From: Candidatus Kuenenia stuttgartensis
GTDB lineage: Bacteria > Planctomycetota > Brocadiia > Brocadiales > Brocadiaceae
NCBI RefSeq assembly: GCF_900232105.1
Contig: NZ_LT934425.1
Span: 1,470,001 to 1,502,000, forward strand
DNA: 32,000 nt
Reading direction: 5' to 3'
Shown in pieces: positions 18,307 through 27,522 of the stretch (its first letter is position 1; every line of letters begins with the position of its first letter). The notes under the pieces are model-generated. The model ran no database searches. It worked only from the letters and a program-made list of their open reading frames with translations, and was not told the origin of the DNA. A program made the translations under genes and the position numbers.

Positions 18307-20169
18307 TTATTCTTTTTCCGTTGGAGTCTTTTCTCCGGTAGGTTTATTGAGTTCTTCTAAGAATTTTTTCAGGTCATCACCTTCTATTACCTCTTCTTCG
18401 ATGAGTTTTTTTGCCATTCTCTGCAAAATCATCTTTTTTTCAAGCAGTATTGTTTCGACCCGCTGGGACGATTCGTCCATTATTCTTTTGATTTCTAAAT
18501 CTATTTCCCGCGCCGTTTCTTCGCTGTATTCTTTTTCAAAGGAGAGTCCGTAAAGCGATTGCCTGTCGCCTTGATCAAAAGCAACCTGTCCCATTTTTTC
18601 GCTCATGCCGTATTCCTTAATCATCATTCGGGCGATTTCTGTCGCTTTTTTCAGGTCGTTCTGGGCGCCGGTTGATATTTCATTAAAAATAATCTTTTCC
18701 GCAGATCTGCCTCCCAGCAATATTGCTATTCTGTCGAGAAGTTCTGACCTTGTCATCAAATAGCGGTCTTCCGTAGGTTTCTGCAAGGTATAACCAAGGG
18801 CGCCGATACCCCTTGGGATCATCGATATTTTCCGGACAGGGTCAGCATTTGGAATCATGCACGCTACAAGGGCATGGCCGGATTCATGGTAAGCGACGAT
18901 TTCCTTCTCTTTCAGGTTCATAAGACGCTTCTTCTTTTCTAACCCTGCCATAAGCCTATCAATTGCCTCTTCAAATTCAGGCATGCCTGCGGCTTTCTTG
19001 TTTCTTCTTGCGGCAAGCAATGCGGCTTCATTGATAAGGTTTGCAAGGTCTGCGCCGACAAATCCCGGCGTCATTGCGGCAACAGCATGTAAGTCCACTT
19101 CTTTTTCCATCTTTACGTCTGCGGAATGTACCTTGAGTATTGCTTCGCGTCCGTGCAAATCCGGCCTGTCAACTACCACTTGCCGGTCGAATCTGCCTGG
19201 CCTTAAAAGGGCTGAATCCAATATTTCAGGACGATTTGTAGCCCCCATGATAATTACGCCTTTATTGGAATCAAAACCATCCATTTCCACCAGCAACTGA
19301 TTTAATGTTTGCTCACGTTCGTCATGCCCCCCCATGGGGTTTTGCCCCCTGGCCTTGCCAAGGGCGTCAAGTTCGTCAATAAAAATAATGCATGGCGCTT
19401 TTTGGTCTGCCTGATTAAACAAATCTCTCACCCTTGCGGCGCCCACGCCAACAAACATTTCTACGAATTCAGAGCCGCTCATGTTGAAAAAAGGGACACC
19501 AGCTTCCCCTGCCACGGCTTTTGCCAACAGGGTCTTTCCTGTTCCCGGAGCACCGACAAGCAGTACTCCTTTTGGTATCTTGCCGCCTATGGCACGAAAT
19601 TTTTCAGGGGTTTTCAGGAATTCTATAATTTCCTGCAATTCCTCTTTTGCCTCATCTATGCCTGCTACATCGTCAAATGTAACATTTAAGTCTTCCTGGA
19701 CGTAAAGGCGTCCCCTGCTCTTGCCGAAAGTCATGATGCTGCTGGCAGGCCCGAATCTTTTAAATACAAAGCGCCAGATCAAAAACAGTATTAATAAGGG
19801 GACTATCCATGAAAAGAAAAATGTTTTCAACCAGGGGCTTTCGTACTGTCCTTCGTATTTCACCCCCATTTTTTCTAATTCGCTTACCAGTTCAGGGTCA
19901 TCTATCCGCGCCGTAATAAAGATTGCGTATTTGTTAGTGCCGCGTTCATATTCCTTTAATTTGCCTTGAATAGCCGCATGGGATATATGACATTCCAGTA
20001 TCATATCTTCGCGCAATAATTTCTTAAATTCGCTGTACGAGATATTCCTTACCCCGGGGTTCATTAAATACATTTGGATAAGTATGAGAAACCCAAAAGC
20101 CATAATAATGTGCCAAATAGAAAACTTTTTCGGCCTTTTAAACTTCATTTTTTTTAAGTCTTTGAACAT
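18307..20169 (-). CDS. ftsH: ATP-dependent zinc metalloprotease FtsH
   Basis: [52 protein letters not shown]-like [27 protein letters not shown]. Confidence 0.98.
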   Translation of the reverse strand: MFKDLKKMKFKRPKKFSIWHIIMAFGFLILIQMYLMNPGVRNISYSEFKKLLREDMILECHISHAAIQGKLKEYERGTNKYAIFITARIDDPELVSELEKMGVKYEGQYESPWLKTFFFSWIVPLLILFLIWRFVFKRFGPASSIMTFGKSRGRLYVQEDLNVTFDDVAGIDEAKEELQEIIEFLKTPEKFRAIGGKIPKGVLLVGAPGTGKTLLAKAVAGEAGVPFFNMSGSEFVEMFVGVGAARVRDLFNQADQKAPCIIFIDELDALGKARGQNPMGGHDEREQTLNQLLVEMDGFDSNKGVIIMGATNRPEILDSALLRPGRFDRQVVVDRPDLHGREAILKVHSADVKMEKEVDLHAVAAMTPGFVGADLANLINEAALLAARRNKKAAGMPEFEEAIDRLMAGLEKKKRLMNLKEKEIVAYHESGHALVACMIPNADPVRKISMIPRGIGALGYTLQKPTEDRYLMTRSELLDRIAILLGGRSAEKIIFNEISTGAQNDLKKATEIARMMIKEYGMSEKMGQVAFDQGDRQSLYGLSFEKEYSEETAREIDLEIKRIMDESSQRVETILLEKKMILQRMAKKLIEEEVIEGDDLKKFLEELNKPTGEKTPTEKE

Positions 20170-20894
20170 TTACACTCCTATGGTTGATTATTCAAAAGAA
20201 CATGCTATAAACAGATAAAGAATTTATGGTCAGACGACATCTTTGTTACGTCTCTCCGTTCAGCCGGTTTGAAATGTATGCGGAATACAACTTGGTAGAG
20301 ACGCACGGCCGTGTGTCTAATTCTACCAGAAAGCGCTGTATCACTCAAAAAAACTTTATGATATTTGTAAAATGGTAATTGTCTGTCACTGTGAGTGCAG
20401 AAGGAATCCGCATTGAAGAACGGACATAATCGGAGCATTTGCAAGAGAGGAGCAGCAATTAGTACTTTATCAGTAATTTCTTTGCATTTTTTGGCAAAAT
20501 ATTTAATGGTGAAAACGAAATGCTATATTTCAATCCTCCCACCTCCAAAGGGTGACAACCATTCCCTGCACCCCCAGCGGGGAGACATTCTCCCCCTTTG
20601 GAGGGGATAAGGGGGGGGAGAGTTTTGAAATTTGTTTCGTATTTCGTATCATATTTTCGTAAGGTGCATTCCCGATTTTTTGTAAAAAAGCTTATTATTT
20701 ATGCAGGATGGACTACTCGGCGCTGACCTATCAATAAACTACACCGGAAAAAATGAATATCGAAGGATAAGAAAACTTCGTAATTCGAAATTCCTTGTTC
20801 TGCGGTTCGATATTCTCTTTTCATCCTACTAAAATGACTGGTTACAAAAAATCTGGAATACACCCTTTGCTATAAACGGTTGCTGGTCTTTCCT

Positions 20895-21054
20895 CACTTG
20901 AAATATCTAAGCCCACTAAATTCATGTAGTGTGACGAGATTCGTCGCACCAAAAAAAGTTGTGAGATCAAGGAATAGGGTCTACCCAAAACAATGCGACG
21001 AATCTCGTCGCACTACAAATGATTATTTCCGGTTTCAAAATACTAAAGTGTTAC
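20895..21054. repeat. Second repeat family copy (inverted relative to 7321-7430), with internal insert in the hairpin
   Basis: CTAAGCCCACTAAATTCATGTAGTGTGACGAGATTCGTCGCA ... TGCGACGAATCTCGTCGCACTACAAATGATTA ... TACTAAAGTGTTAC. Confidence 0.7.
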
Positions 21055-21101
21055 AATTTTTATGTATTATAAGGGCTTATACACCATACTCAAACCCTTA
21101 G

Positions 21102-21824
21102 TTACATAGAGGTCATGGACGAAACGGACAAGACAGGGTGCGTCTCTGAATCTCTCAATACCTTGCCGTCTTTCAGCATTATCATTCTGCGTGTGTATCC
21201 TGCGATATCTTCTTCATGTGTTACGAGTACAATGGTAAGATTCATTTCACTGTTCAGTTTGCAAAGGACGTTCATTACCTCTTTGCTGGTAGCGCTATCA
21301 AGATTGCCGGTAGGCTCATCCGCGAGAAGCAGGGAAGGGCTGTTGATAATTGCCCTTGCAATCGCGACACGTTGCTGCTGGCCGCCGGAAAGCTGGCTGG
21401 GATAATTTTTATGGAGTCCTTCAAGGCCCAGTATCCGGATTGTTTCGTAGATTTTATGTTCGGAGCTTTTCGTTAGTTTTTTCGCGTAAATAAGCGGGAG
21501 TTCTATATTTTCCAAGACAGTTGTTCTTCCAAGAAGGTTGAAACTCTGAAATACAAAACCGAGTTTTTTGTTCCGGATCTCCGCCAGTTCATTCTTTGAA
21601 AAACGTGAAACATCTACCCCTTCAAAAAAGTATCTCCCTTTCGTAGGGAGGTCCAGACATCCGAGTATATTCATTAATGTGGATTTTCCAGAACCAGAAG
21701 CCCCCATAATGGAAACAAACTCTCCCTTTTTAATGGAGAGAGAAACATTGTTTAAAGCCGTAAAGGCAATCTCCCCCATTTCGTATATTTTATAAATGGA
21801 ATCTAATTGTATTATATCCTGCAT
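21102..21824 (-). CDS. ABC transporter ATP-binding protein (MacB/LolD-type)
   Basis: [69 protein letters not shown]. Confidence 0.95.
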   Translation of the reverse strand: MQDIIQLDSIYKIYEMGEIAFTALNNVSLSIKKGEFVSIMGASGSGKSTLMNILGCLDLPTKGRYFFEGVDVSRFSKNELAEIRNKKLGFVFQSFNLLGRTTVLENIELPLIYAKKLTKSSEHKIYETIRILGLEGLHKNYPSQLSGGQQQRVAIARAIINSPSLLLADEPTGNLDSATSKEVMNVLCKLNSEMNLTIVLVTHEEDIAGYTRRMIMLKDGKVLRDSETHPVLSVSSMTSM

Positions 21825-21942
21825 ATATCATAAGCTGGCATAGCCAGCGCCAAACAATAATGAAATAAAAAATACGAAACAAATTTCGGGTTTCACCATT
21901 AAATATTTTGCCAAAAAATGTAAAAAAATTACCGATAAGGCA

Positions 21943-23148
21943 CTAGCGCCGGCCTCCCCCCATTCTGGTCCAGGGAATCTGTTGGGAACTTTTCGCGGCG
22001 GATTTATCGGTTATCTCCGCAACGACAACTTCATCCCCTTCTTTTACTTCTCCCCCAACAATCTCCGTAAAATCGTAATCGCTTATTCCGGTTTTTATCA
22101 TCACCATTACCGGTTTTCCGTGTTTCAGTATCCAGAGAGGGGAATATTTCTCTCCATCATATTCGCCTCCTTCCGGTTTACCGGTTTTATCTCTTATGGT
22201 TTTTGATGGAGTGAAACGTAACGCGGTATTTGGGATGCTTAATACGTTTTTTGCTTCTGCCACTAAAATGGAAGTATTTGCAGTCATTCCCGGCTTGAGT
22301 TTTAGGGAAGAGTTGTCTATGCTGACAATGGTATCGTAGGTTACGACGTTTTGAAAAATAACCGGCGACATACGAATTTCTGTTACCTTGCCATCAAAAA
22401 CGTCTTCAGGGAAGGCGTCAACATTAAATCTTGCACTTTGCCCCACTTCAACCATGCCGATATCCGCCTCATCAACGTTTGTATTCACCTGCATACTGAC
22501 AAGGTCTTTGGCTATTGTAAATAATGTGGGCGTCTGAAAACTGGAGGCCACCGTCTGGCCAACGTCCACTTCCCTTGAAATCACTATGCCGTCAAGAGGA
22601 GAAACAATTACCGTGTACCCCAGATCGGTTTTTGCTATTGCAAGGGACGCCTCTGCCTGCATTATTTCAGCTTTCGCAAGTTCAGCGTCTGCAAGGCTTG
22701 TCTCGTAAACGGTTCGGGACTCATCAAATTCATCAATGGAAATGACCTGTGTTGAGAATAATTTTTTCGCGCGATGATATTTCCTCTTGCTGTTTCTTAA
22801 GACAGCATTCGATCTTTTTAGTTTTGCAAGCGCTGTTGCAAGGGCTGCTTCCGCCTTCCGTACCTGATGCTCGAAGGGCGTTGGGTCTATCTGCGCCACG
22901 ATCTGACCCGTTTTCACCTCGGAATTAAAATCTGCGTACAGCTTTGAAATAAGGCCTGAGACCTGACTGCCGATGATCACTGTTCTTACAGGATTTATTG
23001 TGCCTGTGGCAACCACATATTTCTGAATATCGCCCTTAACAATTTTAGCCGTCTCAAACCTGACGGTTTCTTCTTTTTTAAGCAGGTAAATTACGGTTAC
23101 TATGATTACCAATACGCATGGTATGCCAATATAAATGTACTTTTTCAT
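21943..23148 (-). CDS. HlyD/MacA-type periplasmic adaptor subunit
   Basis: N-terminal TM, TGTINPVRTVIIGSQVSGLISKLYADFNSEVKTGQIVAQIDP, alpha-hairpin, YTVIVSPLDGIVISREVDVGQTVASS, KPGMTANTSILV. Confidence 0.92.
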   Translation of the reverse strand: MKKYIYIGIPCVLVIIVTVIYLLKKEETVRFETAKIVKGDIQKYVVATGTINPVRTVIIGSQVSGLISKLYADFNSEVKTGQIVAQIDPTPFEHQVRKAEAALATALAKLKRSNAVLRNSKRKYHRAKKLFSTQVISIDEFDESRTVYETSLADAELAKAEIMQAEASLAIAKTDLGYTVIVSPLDGIVISREVDVGQTVASSFQTPTLFTIAKDLVSMQVNTNVDEADIGMVEVGQSARFNVDAFPEDVFDGKVTEIRMSPVIFQNVVTYDTIVSIDNSSLKLKPGMTANTSILVAEAKNVLSIPNTALRFTPSKTIRDKTGKPEGGEYDGEKYSPLWILKHGKPVMVMIKTGISDYDFTEIVGGEVKEGDEVVVAEITDKSAAKSSQQIPWTRMGGGRR

Positions 23149-23350
23149 ATCTGCTAGAAGATAATAAATATTGATACGTATGGCAATTATAATTTTACCC
23201 TGCGTTCCCGAAGGGAATGGATTTGACAGTCTGAGGCCGGAGGTCGGAAGTCAGAGGTCAGAGGTCAGAGGTCAGCGAGAACAGTCCTCAGTCCTCAGTC
23301 CTCAGTCCTCAATCTGCCGACTGACAACTGTAGACTGTAGACAAGGTACT

Positions 23351-23453
23351 AAGGCACTGTAAATAAATAAAGGTATCAAGTAGATCAATTTCATGCTCTG
23401 GAAACATGCAATCAAGGCTTCAAAGTGAGACGTTAATTTATTTACAGCGCCTA
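23351..23453. repeat. ~100-bp element bounded by imperfect inverted repeats
   Basis: AAGGCACTGTAAATAAAT (23351-23368) versus ATTTATTTACAGCGCCTA; right arm overlaps the recG stop codon. Confidence 0.55.
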
Positions 23454-25511
23454 AAGTAAATAATCTAACCGGTCTTTAAACATTTCCACGACCTTCGTCT
23501 TTATTTTTTGATGTTCTTCCGCAGAAAGAGAAGGGTCACGGCAAACAATTTCAAACGCATCTTTCCGGGCTTTTTGTAGTAGGGAGAAATCATGAAAGAT
23601 ATTGCTTATCTTTAATTCCGGCAAACCATGCTGCCGCGTGCCAAAAAACTCTCCGGGGCCTCTCAGCCTGAAATCCATTTCCGCTATTTTAAACCCGTCA
23701 GACGTATTTACCATTGTTCTAAGCCGGTCACGCGACAGGGCTGTTTTTGGCGTACCAAAAAGCAGGCAATATGATTGTTTACCGCCTCTTCCTATTCTTC
23801 CGCGCAATTGATGCAATTGCGCCAGGCCGAACCGTTCCGCATGTTCAATAACCATTATAGTGGCATTAGGGACGTCAATGCCCACCTCAATAATTATCGT
23901 GGAAACTAAAATATCATACCGCCTTTCTTTGAAATCGGCCATTGCCTGCTCTTTTTCCGCAGATTTCATCTTGCCGTGAAGTAGTCCTACTTTGCATTCG
24001 GGAAATATTTCGTTCCGCAGCCTCTCTGCTTCAGTGATGGCTGATTTTAAATCCAGTTTTTCCGAGTGTTCCACAAGTGGATAGACGACAAATACCTGCT
24101 TTCCTTTTGATATTTCACCCCGGATGAAATCGTAAGCGGCTTTTTCTTTATTTTTTGAAACCCAAAATGTCTTTACCGGAATACGGCCCGGAGGCATTTC
24201 GTCCAGCATTGAAATATCCATATCGCCAAACAGCGTAAGCGACAACGTACGGGGGATTGGCGTCGCCGTCATAATAAGCACATCAGGGCTTGCTCCCTTT
24301 TTCCGCAGTTTAAGGCGCTGCAAAACGCCAAATTTGTGCTGCTCGTCGATCACCACCAGTCCCAGTTTTTTAAACGAGACGGATTCTTCTATGATTGCAT
24401 GCGTCCCGACAATTAAATCTATCCCGCCATCGCTCACCTGGGCAATGACATTTTTTTTATGTGTTGCATTGCCGCTGCCGGTTAATAAACAGACCCTGAC
24501 CTGCGATCCTGATAAGAATTTTTGCAGCGTGCGAAAATGCTGTTGTGCCAGTAGTTCCGTGGGTGCCATAAAGGTCGCCTGATATCCGTTTGCTACCGCA
24601 ATTAAGGCTGCATATAAAGCAACCACCGTTTTACCGGAACCAACATCCCCCTGAAGCAATCTGTTCATGGGCTTGTCACTTTTCATATCTTCCCTGATTT
24701 CATAAATTACCCTTTCCTGCGCTTTCGTGAGGGTAAAGGGGATAATATTCCGAATGTGGGCGTCCACATTCGCCCCTGCTTTAAAGGGGATTCTAGTCTC
24801 TCCTTTAATACGGTAACGCCTGAGTGCCATTGCCATCTCAAGGCAAAACAGTTCCTCATAAACCAGCCGGTTTTTGGCGCGGTTTAAAAGCTCCATTGAA
24901 GGAGGGGAATGAATATGTCTTATAGCGTCCGCTACGGGAAGAAAATTGTATTTTTTTATGAGGGGCAGAGGCAAGGCGTCCTCAAGCAAATCCACATATT
25001 CCTGTATTGCAGCGTGGATAATTTTTCGTAATTGGGACTGGCTTATGTGTTCGGTAAGAGGGTAAACGGGAATAATACCCCATCCACTCCCGCCTGCCTG
25101 CCTATCGCTAATAATCTCATATTCCGGACTGAGCAATTGGAGATATTTATACGAATTGACCTTTCCGTGCAAAAACAGGCGATCTCCGATGCGAAATTTA
25201 TTTACCAGAAACGGTTGATTAAACCATGTGGCGGCTATTACGCCTGTTTCATCGCTCACGAAAACTTCCAGAATGGTCTTCCCCATTCGGGCAACCCTGT
25301 TTTGTATGCCGTTAATAGTGCCTTGAATGGTAATGCTGTCGCCTGTCTTCGCTTCAGCAATCTTCTGTATTTTAGAAAAATCATTGTAGTCGCGGGGGAA
25401 GTAATAGAGTAAATCATGGACCGTTTGTATGCCTAATCGTCCGATAATTTTGCTTCGTTTAGGCCCTATGCCGTTAAGATATTGGACTGGTTGGAGTAAT
25501 GAGTGACTCAA
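23451..25511 (-). CDS. recG: ATP-dependent DNA helicase RecG
   Basis: NRLLQGDVGSGKTVVALYAALIAVANGYQATFMAPTELLAQQHF, IDEQHKFGVLQR, MTATPIPRTLSLTLFGD, HGKMKSAEKE, IEVGIDVPNATIMVIEHAERFGLAQLHQLRGRIGRGG. Confidence 0.97.
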   Translation of the reverse strand: MSHSLLQPVQYLNGIGPKRSKIIGRLGIQTVHDLLYYFPRDYNDFSKIQKIAEAKTGDSITIQGTINGIQNRVARMGKTILEVFVSDETGVIAATWFNQPFLVNKFRIGDRLFLHGKVNSYKYLQLLSPEYEIISDRQAGGSGWGIIPVYPLTEHISQSQLRKIIHAAIQEYVDLLEDALPLPLIKKYNFLPVADAIRHIHSPPSMELLNRAKNRLVYEELFCLEMAMALRRYRIKGETRIPFKAGANVDAHIRNIIPFTLTKAQERVIYEIREDMKSDKPMNRLLQGDVGSGKTVVALYAALIAVANGYQATFMAPTELLAQQHFRTLQKFLSGSQVRVCLLTGSGNATHKKNVIAQVSDGGIDLIVGTHAIIEESVSFKKLGLVVIDEQHKFGVLQRLKLRKKGASPDVLIMTATPIPRTLSLTLFGDMDISMLDEMPPGRIPVKTFWVSKNKEKAAYDFIRGEISKGKQVFVVYPLVEHSEKLDLKSAITEAERLRNEIFPECKVGLLHGKMKSAEKEQAMADFKERRYDILVSTIIIEVGIDVPNATIMVIEHAERFGLAQLHQLRGRIGRGGKQSYCLLFGTPKTALSRDRLRTMVNTSDGFKIAEMDFRLRGPGEFFGTRQHGLPELKISNIFHDFSLLQKARKDAFEIVCRDPSLSAEEHQKIKTKVVEMFKDRLDYLL

Positions 25512-25513
25512 GG

Positions 25514-25840
25514 TTATCCTATGGCATCTATCTTTGCGGCAAGGATAAAATCGCTTTCAGTAAGTCCCTGTATCTTATGTGTATAAACCTTGATTTCCAC
25601 CTTCCCCCACGTCAGGCATATTTGGGGATGATGCCCCTGTTCTTCAGCAATTTCCCCCACTTTGTTTGTAAAGGTAAGCGCAGTTTTGAAATCAGGAAAT
25701 TTAAACGTCTTGTATAAATGATGCTCTTCAATAACGTCCCACCCACGCAGGTGTTTCTGCAATTCCTTAAGTGCGCTGCCCTTTAAAGGCAGCACCCCTA
25801 CCTGACAGGGTACACACTTTTTTGATGCGAGTTCTGACAT
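25514..25840 (-). CDS. 4a-hydroxytetrahydrobiopterin dehydratase (PCD/DCoH family)
   Basis: W(D)VIEEHHLYKTFKFPDFKTALTFTNKVGEIAEEQGHHPQICLTWGKVEIKVYTHKIQGLTESDFILAAKID. Confidence 0.9.
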   Translation of the reverse strand: MSELASKKCVPCQVGVLPLKGSALKELQKHLRGWDVIEEHHLYKTFKFPDFKTALTFTNKVGEIAEEQGHHPQICLTWGKVEIKVYTHKIQGLTESDFILAAKIDAIG

Positions 25841-25880
25841 TTTAATATCCTCCTAAAAAAAGTAAAAAAAACGTAACTTC

Positions 25881-26084
25881 TCAGTAAGTTGAGGTTTTTA
25901 TAATAATTTCTACCTTGAAAAGTCCCGGATCGTCAAATCCTTGTGCTCGTAGTGTAGCAACAACATATCCTGCTGGCCTGCGGCCTTCCTGTAAGACAAG
26001 TTCCCGTGTATCACGTATGTATTCACAATACTGAAGCAGTTCTTCGTACGGAGAATTGATGATGAGTTTATTAATATTTTTCAT
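25881..26084 (-). pseudogene. Remnant resembling the N-terminus of a large DEAD/DEAH-helicase restriction enzyme
   Basis: 67 aa: INKLIINSPYEELLQYCEYIRDTRELVLQEGRRPAGYVVATLRAQGFDDPG; resembles the conserved N-terminal 'INSPYEEP..HW.Y.RETR...EGRRPAGYVVA......FDDPG.F' stretch as I recall it. Confidence 0.5.
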
Positions 26085-26431
26085 GGATTGTTTTTAAGGA
26101 AAGGTATTTCTTCAAGTTTGATTATGAGAGACGGAAGGTCTTTAGTAACCGTCTGCCAGACAATATCCAGATTTATATCAAAATAGGCGTGAATCAGCCG
26201 GTTTCTCATGTTAATTATGCTTTTCCATGGGATATGAGAAAACCTCTCACGACAATCCTTTGAAACATTAGCGGCAGCCTCTCCTATAATCTCAACATCC
26301 TTAACCAGGGAAAGCACCAGCATACGGTTTTTGTCGAGTGACTTTCTGGCCTGCCCTTGAGCAAAAGAAACGGCCTCTTTCGCGGCATCGAGTATATGAT
26401 GCATCCGTACAATATCTTCTTTACTGCACAT
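26081..26431 (-). CDS. HEPN-domain protein (HepT-like, DUF86), pair 2
   Basis: [46 protein letters not shown]: RX4HXY motif. Confidence 0.9.
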   Translation of the reverse strand: MCSKEDIVRMHHILDAAKEAVSFAQGQARKSLDKNRMLVLSLVKDVEIIGEAAANVSKDCRERFSHIPWKSIINMRNRLIHAYFDINLDIVWQTVTKDLPSLIIKLEEIPFLKNNP

Positions 26432-26726
26432 ATTGCACCTCTGCCGACTCGACTACCTCCTTGCGGAAATAGCGGCTTAAATCTTCCGGTGTCCGCAAGT
26501 CCACGTTGCGCCCGATGATTTCGCTTAATTCGATCTCCATGCCAGATAAGGTTATGAGACCCGGAATATGCTCCGGCTCAAACTCAACGAGAAGGTCTAT
26601 ATCGCTTTCTGGTCCAAAATCGCCATGCAGGCAGGAACCGAACAAAGACAGCTTGCGTATATGATGCCGCTTACAGAATTCGGCGATCTTGTCTTTTGGC
26701 AGTACTATATGGTTTTTTCTTTCCAT
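26421..26726 (-). CDS. MNT-domain nucleotidyltransferase (MntA-like), pair 2
   Basis: [46 protein letters not shown]; overlaps the HEPN gene by 11 nt. Confidence 0.9.
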   Translation of the reverse strand: MERKNHIVLPKDKIAEFCKRHHIRKLSLFGSCLHGDFGPESDIDLLVEFEPEHIPGLITLSGMEIELSEIIGRNVDLRTPEDLSRYFRKEVVESAEVQYVQ

Positions 26727-26806
26727 CAGCTATTTCTCCCTTCCCATGCGATTATTGTGACCTGATATCTATAGTAAACGTCATAAACAAGTTTACATAA
26801 AAACGT

Positions 26807-26872
26807 GTCATTGCGAGCGGAGCGAAGCAATCTTTCCCAGAGATTGCTTCGGGCTATCGCCCGCGCAATGAC
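26807..26872. repeat. REP-like palindromic repeat
   Basis: GTCATTGCGAGCGGAGCGAAGCAATCTTTCCCAGAGATTGCTTCGGGCTATCGCCCGCGCAATGAC; arms GTCATTGCG/CGCAATGAC and GAAGCAATCT/AGATTGCTTC. Confidence 0.75.
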
Positions 26873-26939
26873 AACTTACTTTTAGCATCCACTATATGTT
26901 TATTCTTGCGGTAGAAATTCAGAGTATTTGGTTCTAAAC

Positions 26940-27242
26940 TCATTCTACCTGATAATCTTCAAACTCTCTATCCATAGGATTTAGCGCTCTACCTCCAAAT
27001 CCCTCCCTGTGCAAACGGATATCCTTAATTATCTCTGCCGCCGAGCGCTCATCATTCCAAATGCCGTAGAGACCGCTCCCTTTGGTTTCGCGCTTCTTGT
27101 GACGCACTTTCACAGAAAGCACACCTTCCTTTAACGAGTGAATGATCTTCACAACCTTTGGAAGCACCTCGCCAGGCATTTCCCGAACTTCCCTAAGAAT
27201 AATCTTTTCATATTCAGCCCTTGTCCCCATAATTTCCTCCAT
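26940..27242 (-). CDS. Small antitoxin-like hypothetical protein (orphan)
   Basis: ORF with regulator-like N-terminus and SGLYGIWNDERSAAEIIKDIRLHREGFGG, a pattern seen in antitoxins partnered with PIN toxins; no toxin ORF adjacent. Confidence 0.45.
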   Translation of the reverse strand: MEEIMGTRAEYEKIILREVREMPGEVLPKVVKIIHSLKEGVLSVKVRHKKRETKGSGLYGIWNDERSAAEIIKDIRLHREGFGGRALNPMDREFEDYQVE

Positions 27243-27522
27243 AATCCTCTTTTTGAAAAACTCATAGCGCCAAGTTTTTTGTTGAAACTCATCTTACCTG
27301 ATAATCTTCAGACTCTCAATGCCTTGTATGTACTACAAAGGCGTCATAGGTATTTCCTAACTGGGTGCTGCCTCTCATTGCTATTTTCTGAAATTAGATA
27401 TGGTGTCACTAGAATTCCAATTCTTTCTCACTCCAAGCGGGATAAAACGAACTCAACTGTTCTTAAAAAAAGTGAATATCGTGTCTTGTCGCTGTTATGT
27501 GCAGTTGGATGCTCCGTTGATT

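Noticed and set aside
20205-20610. Small ORFs in the ftsH-ABC intergenic region
   Set aside because: They run through dispersed repeats and low-complexity sequence and show no protein family features.
23232-23345. Possible CRISPR array in the GTCAGAGGTCAGAGGTC / AGTCCTCAGTCCTCAG tract
   Set aside because: Units are ~7-8 bp and contiguous with no 25-40 bp repeat/spacer pattern, and no cas genes are present.
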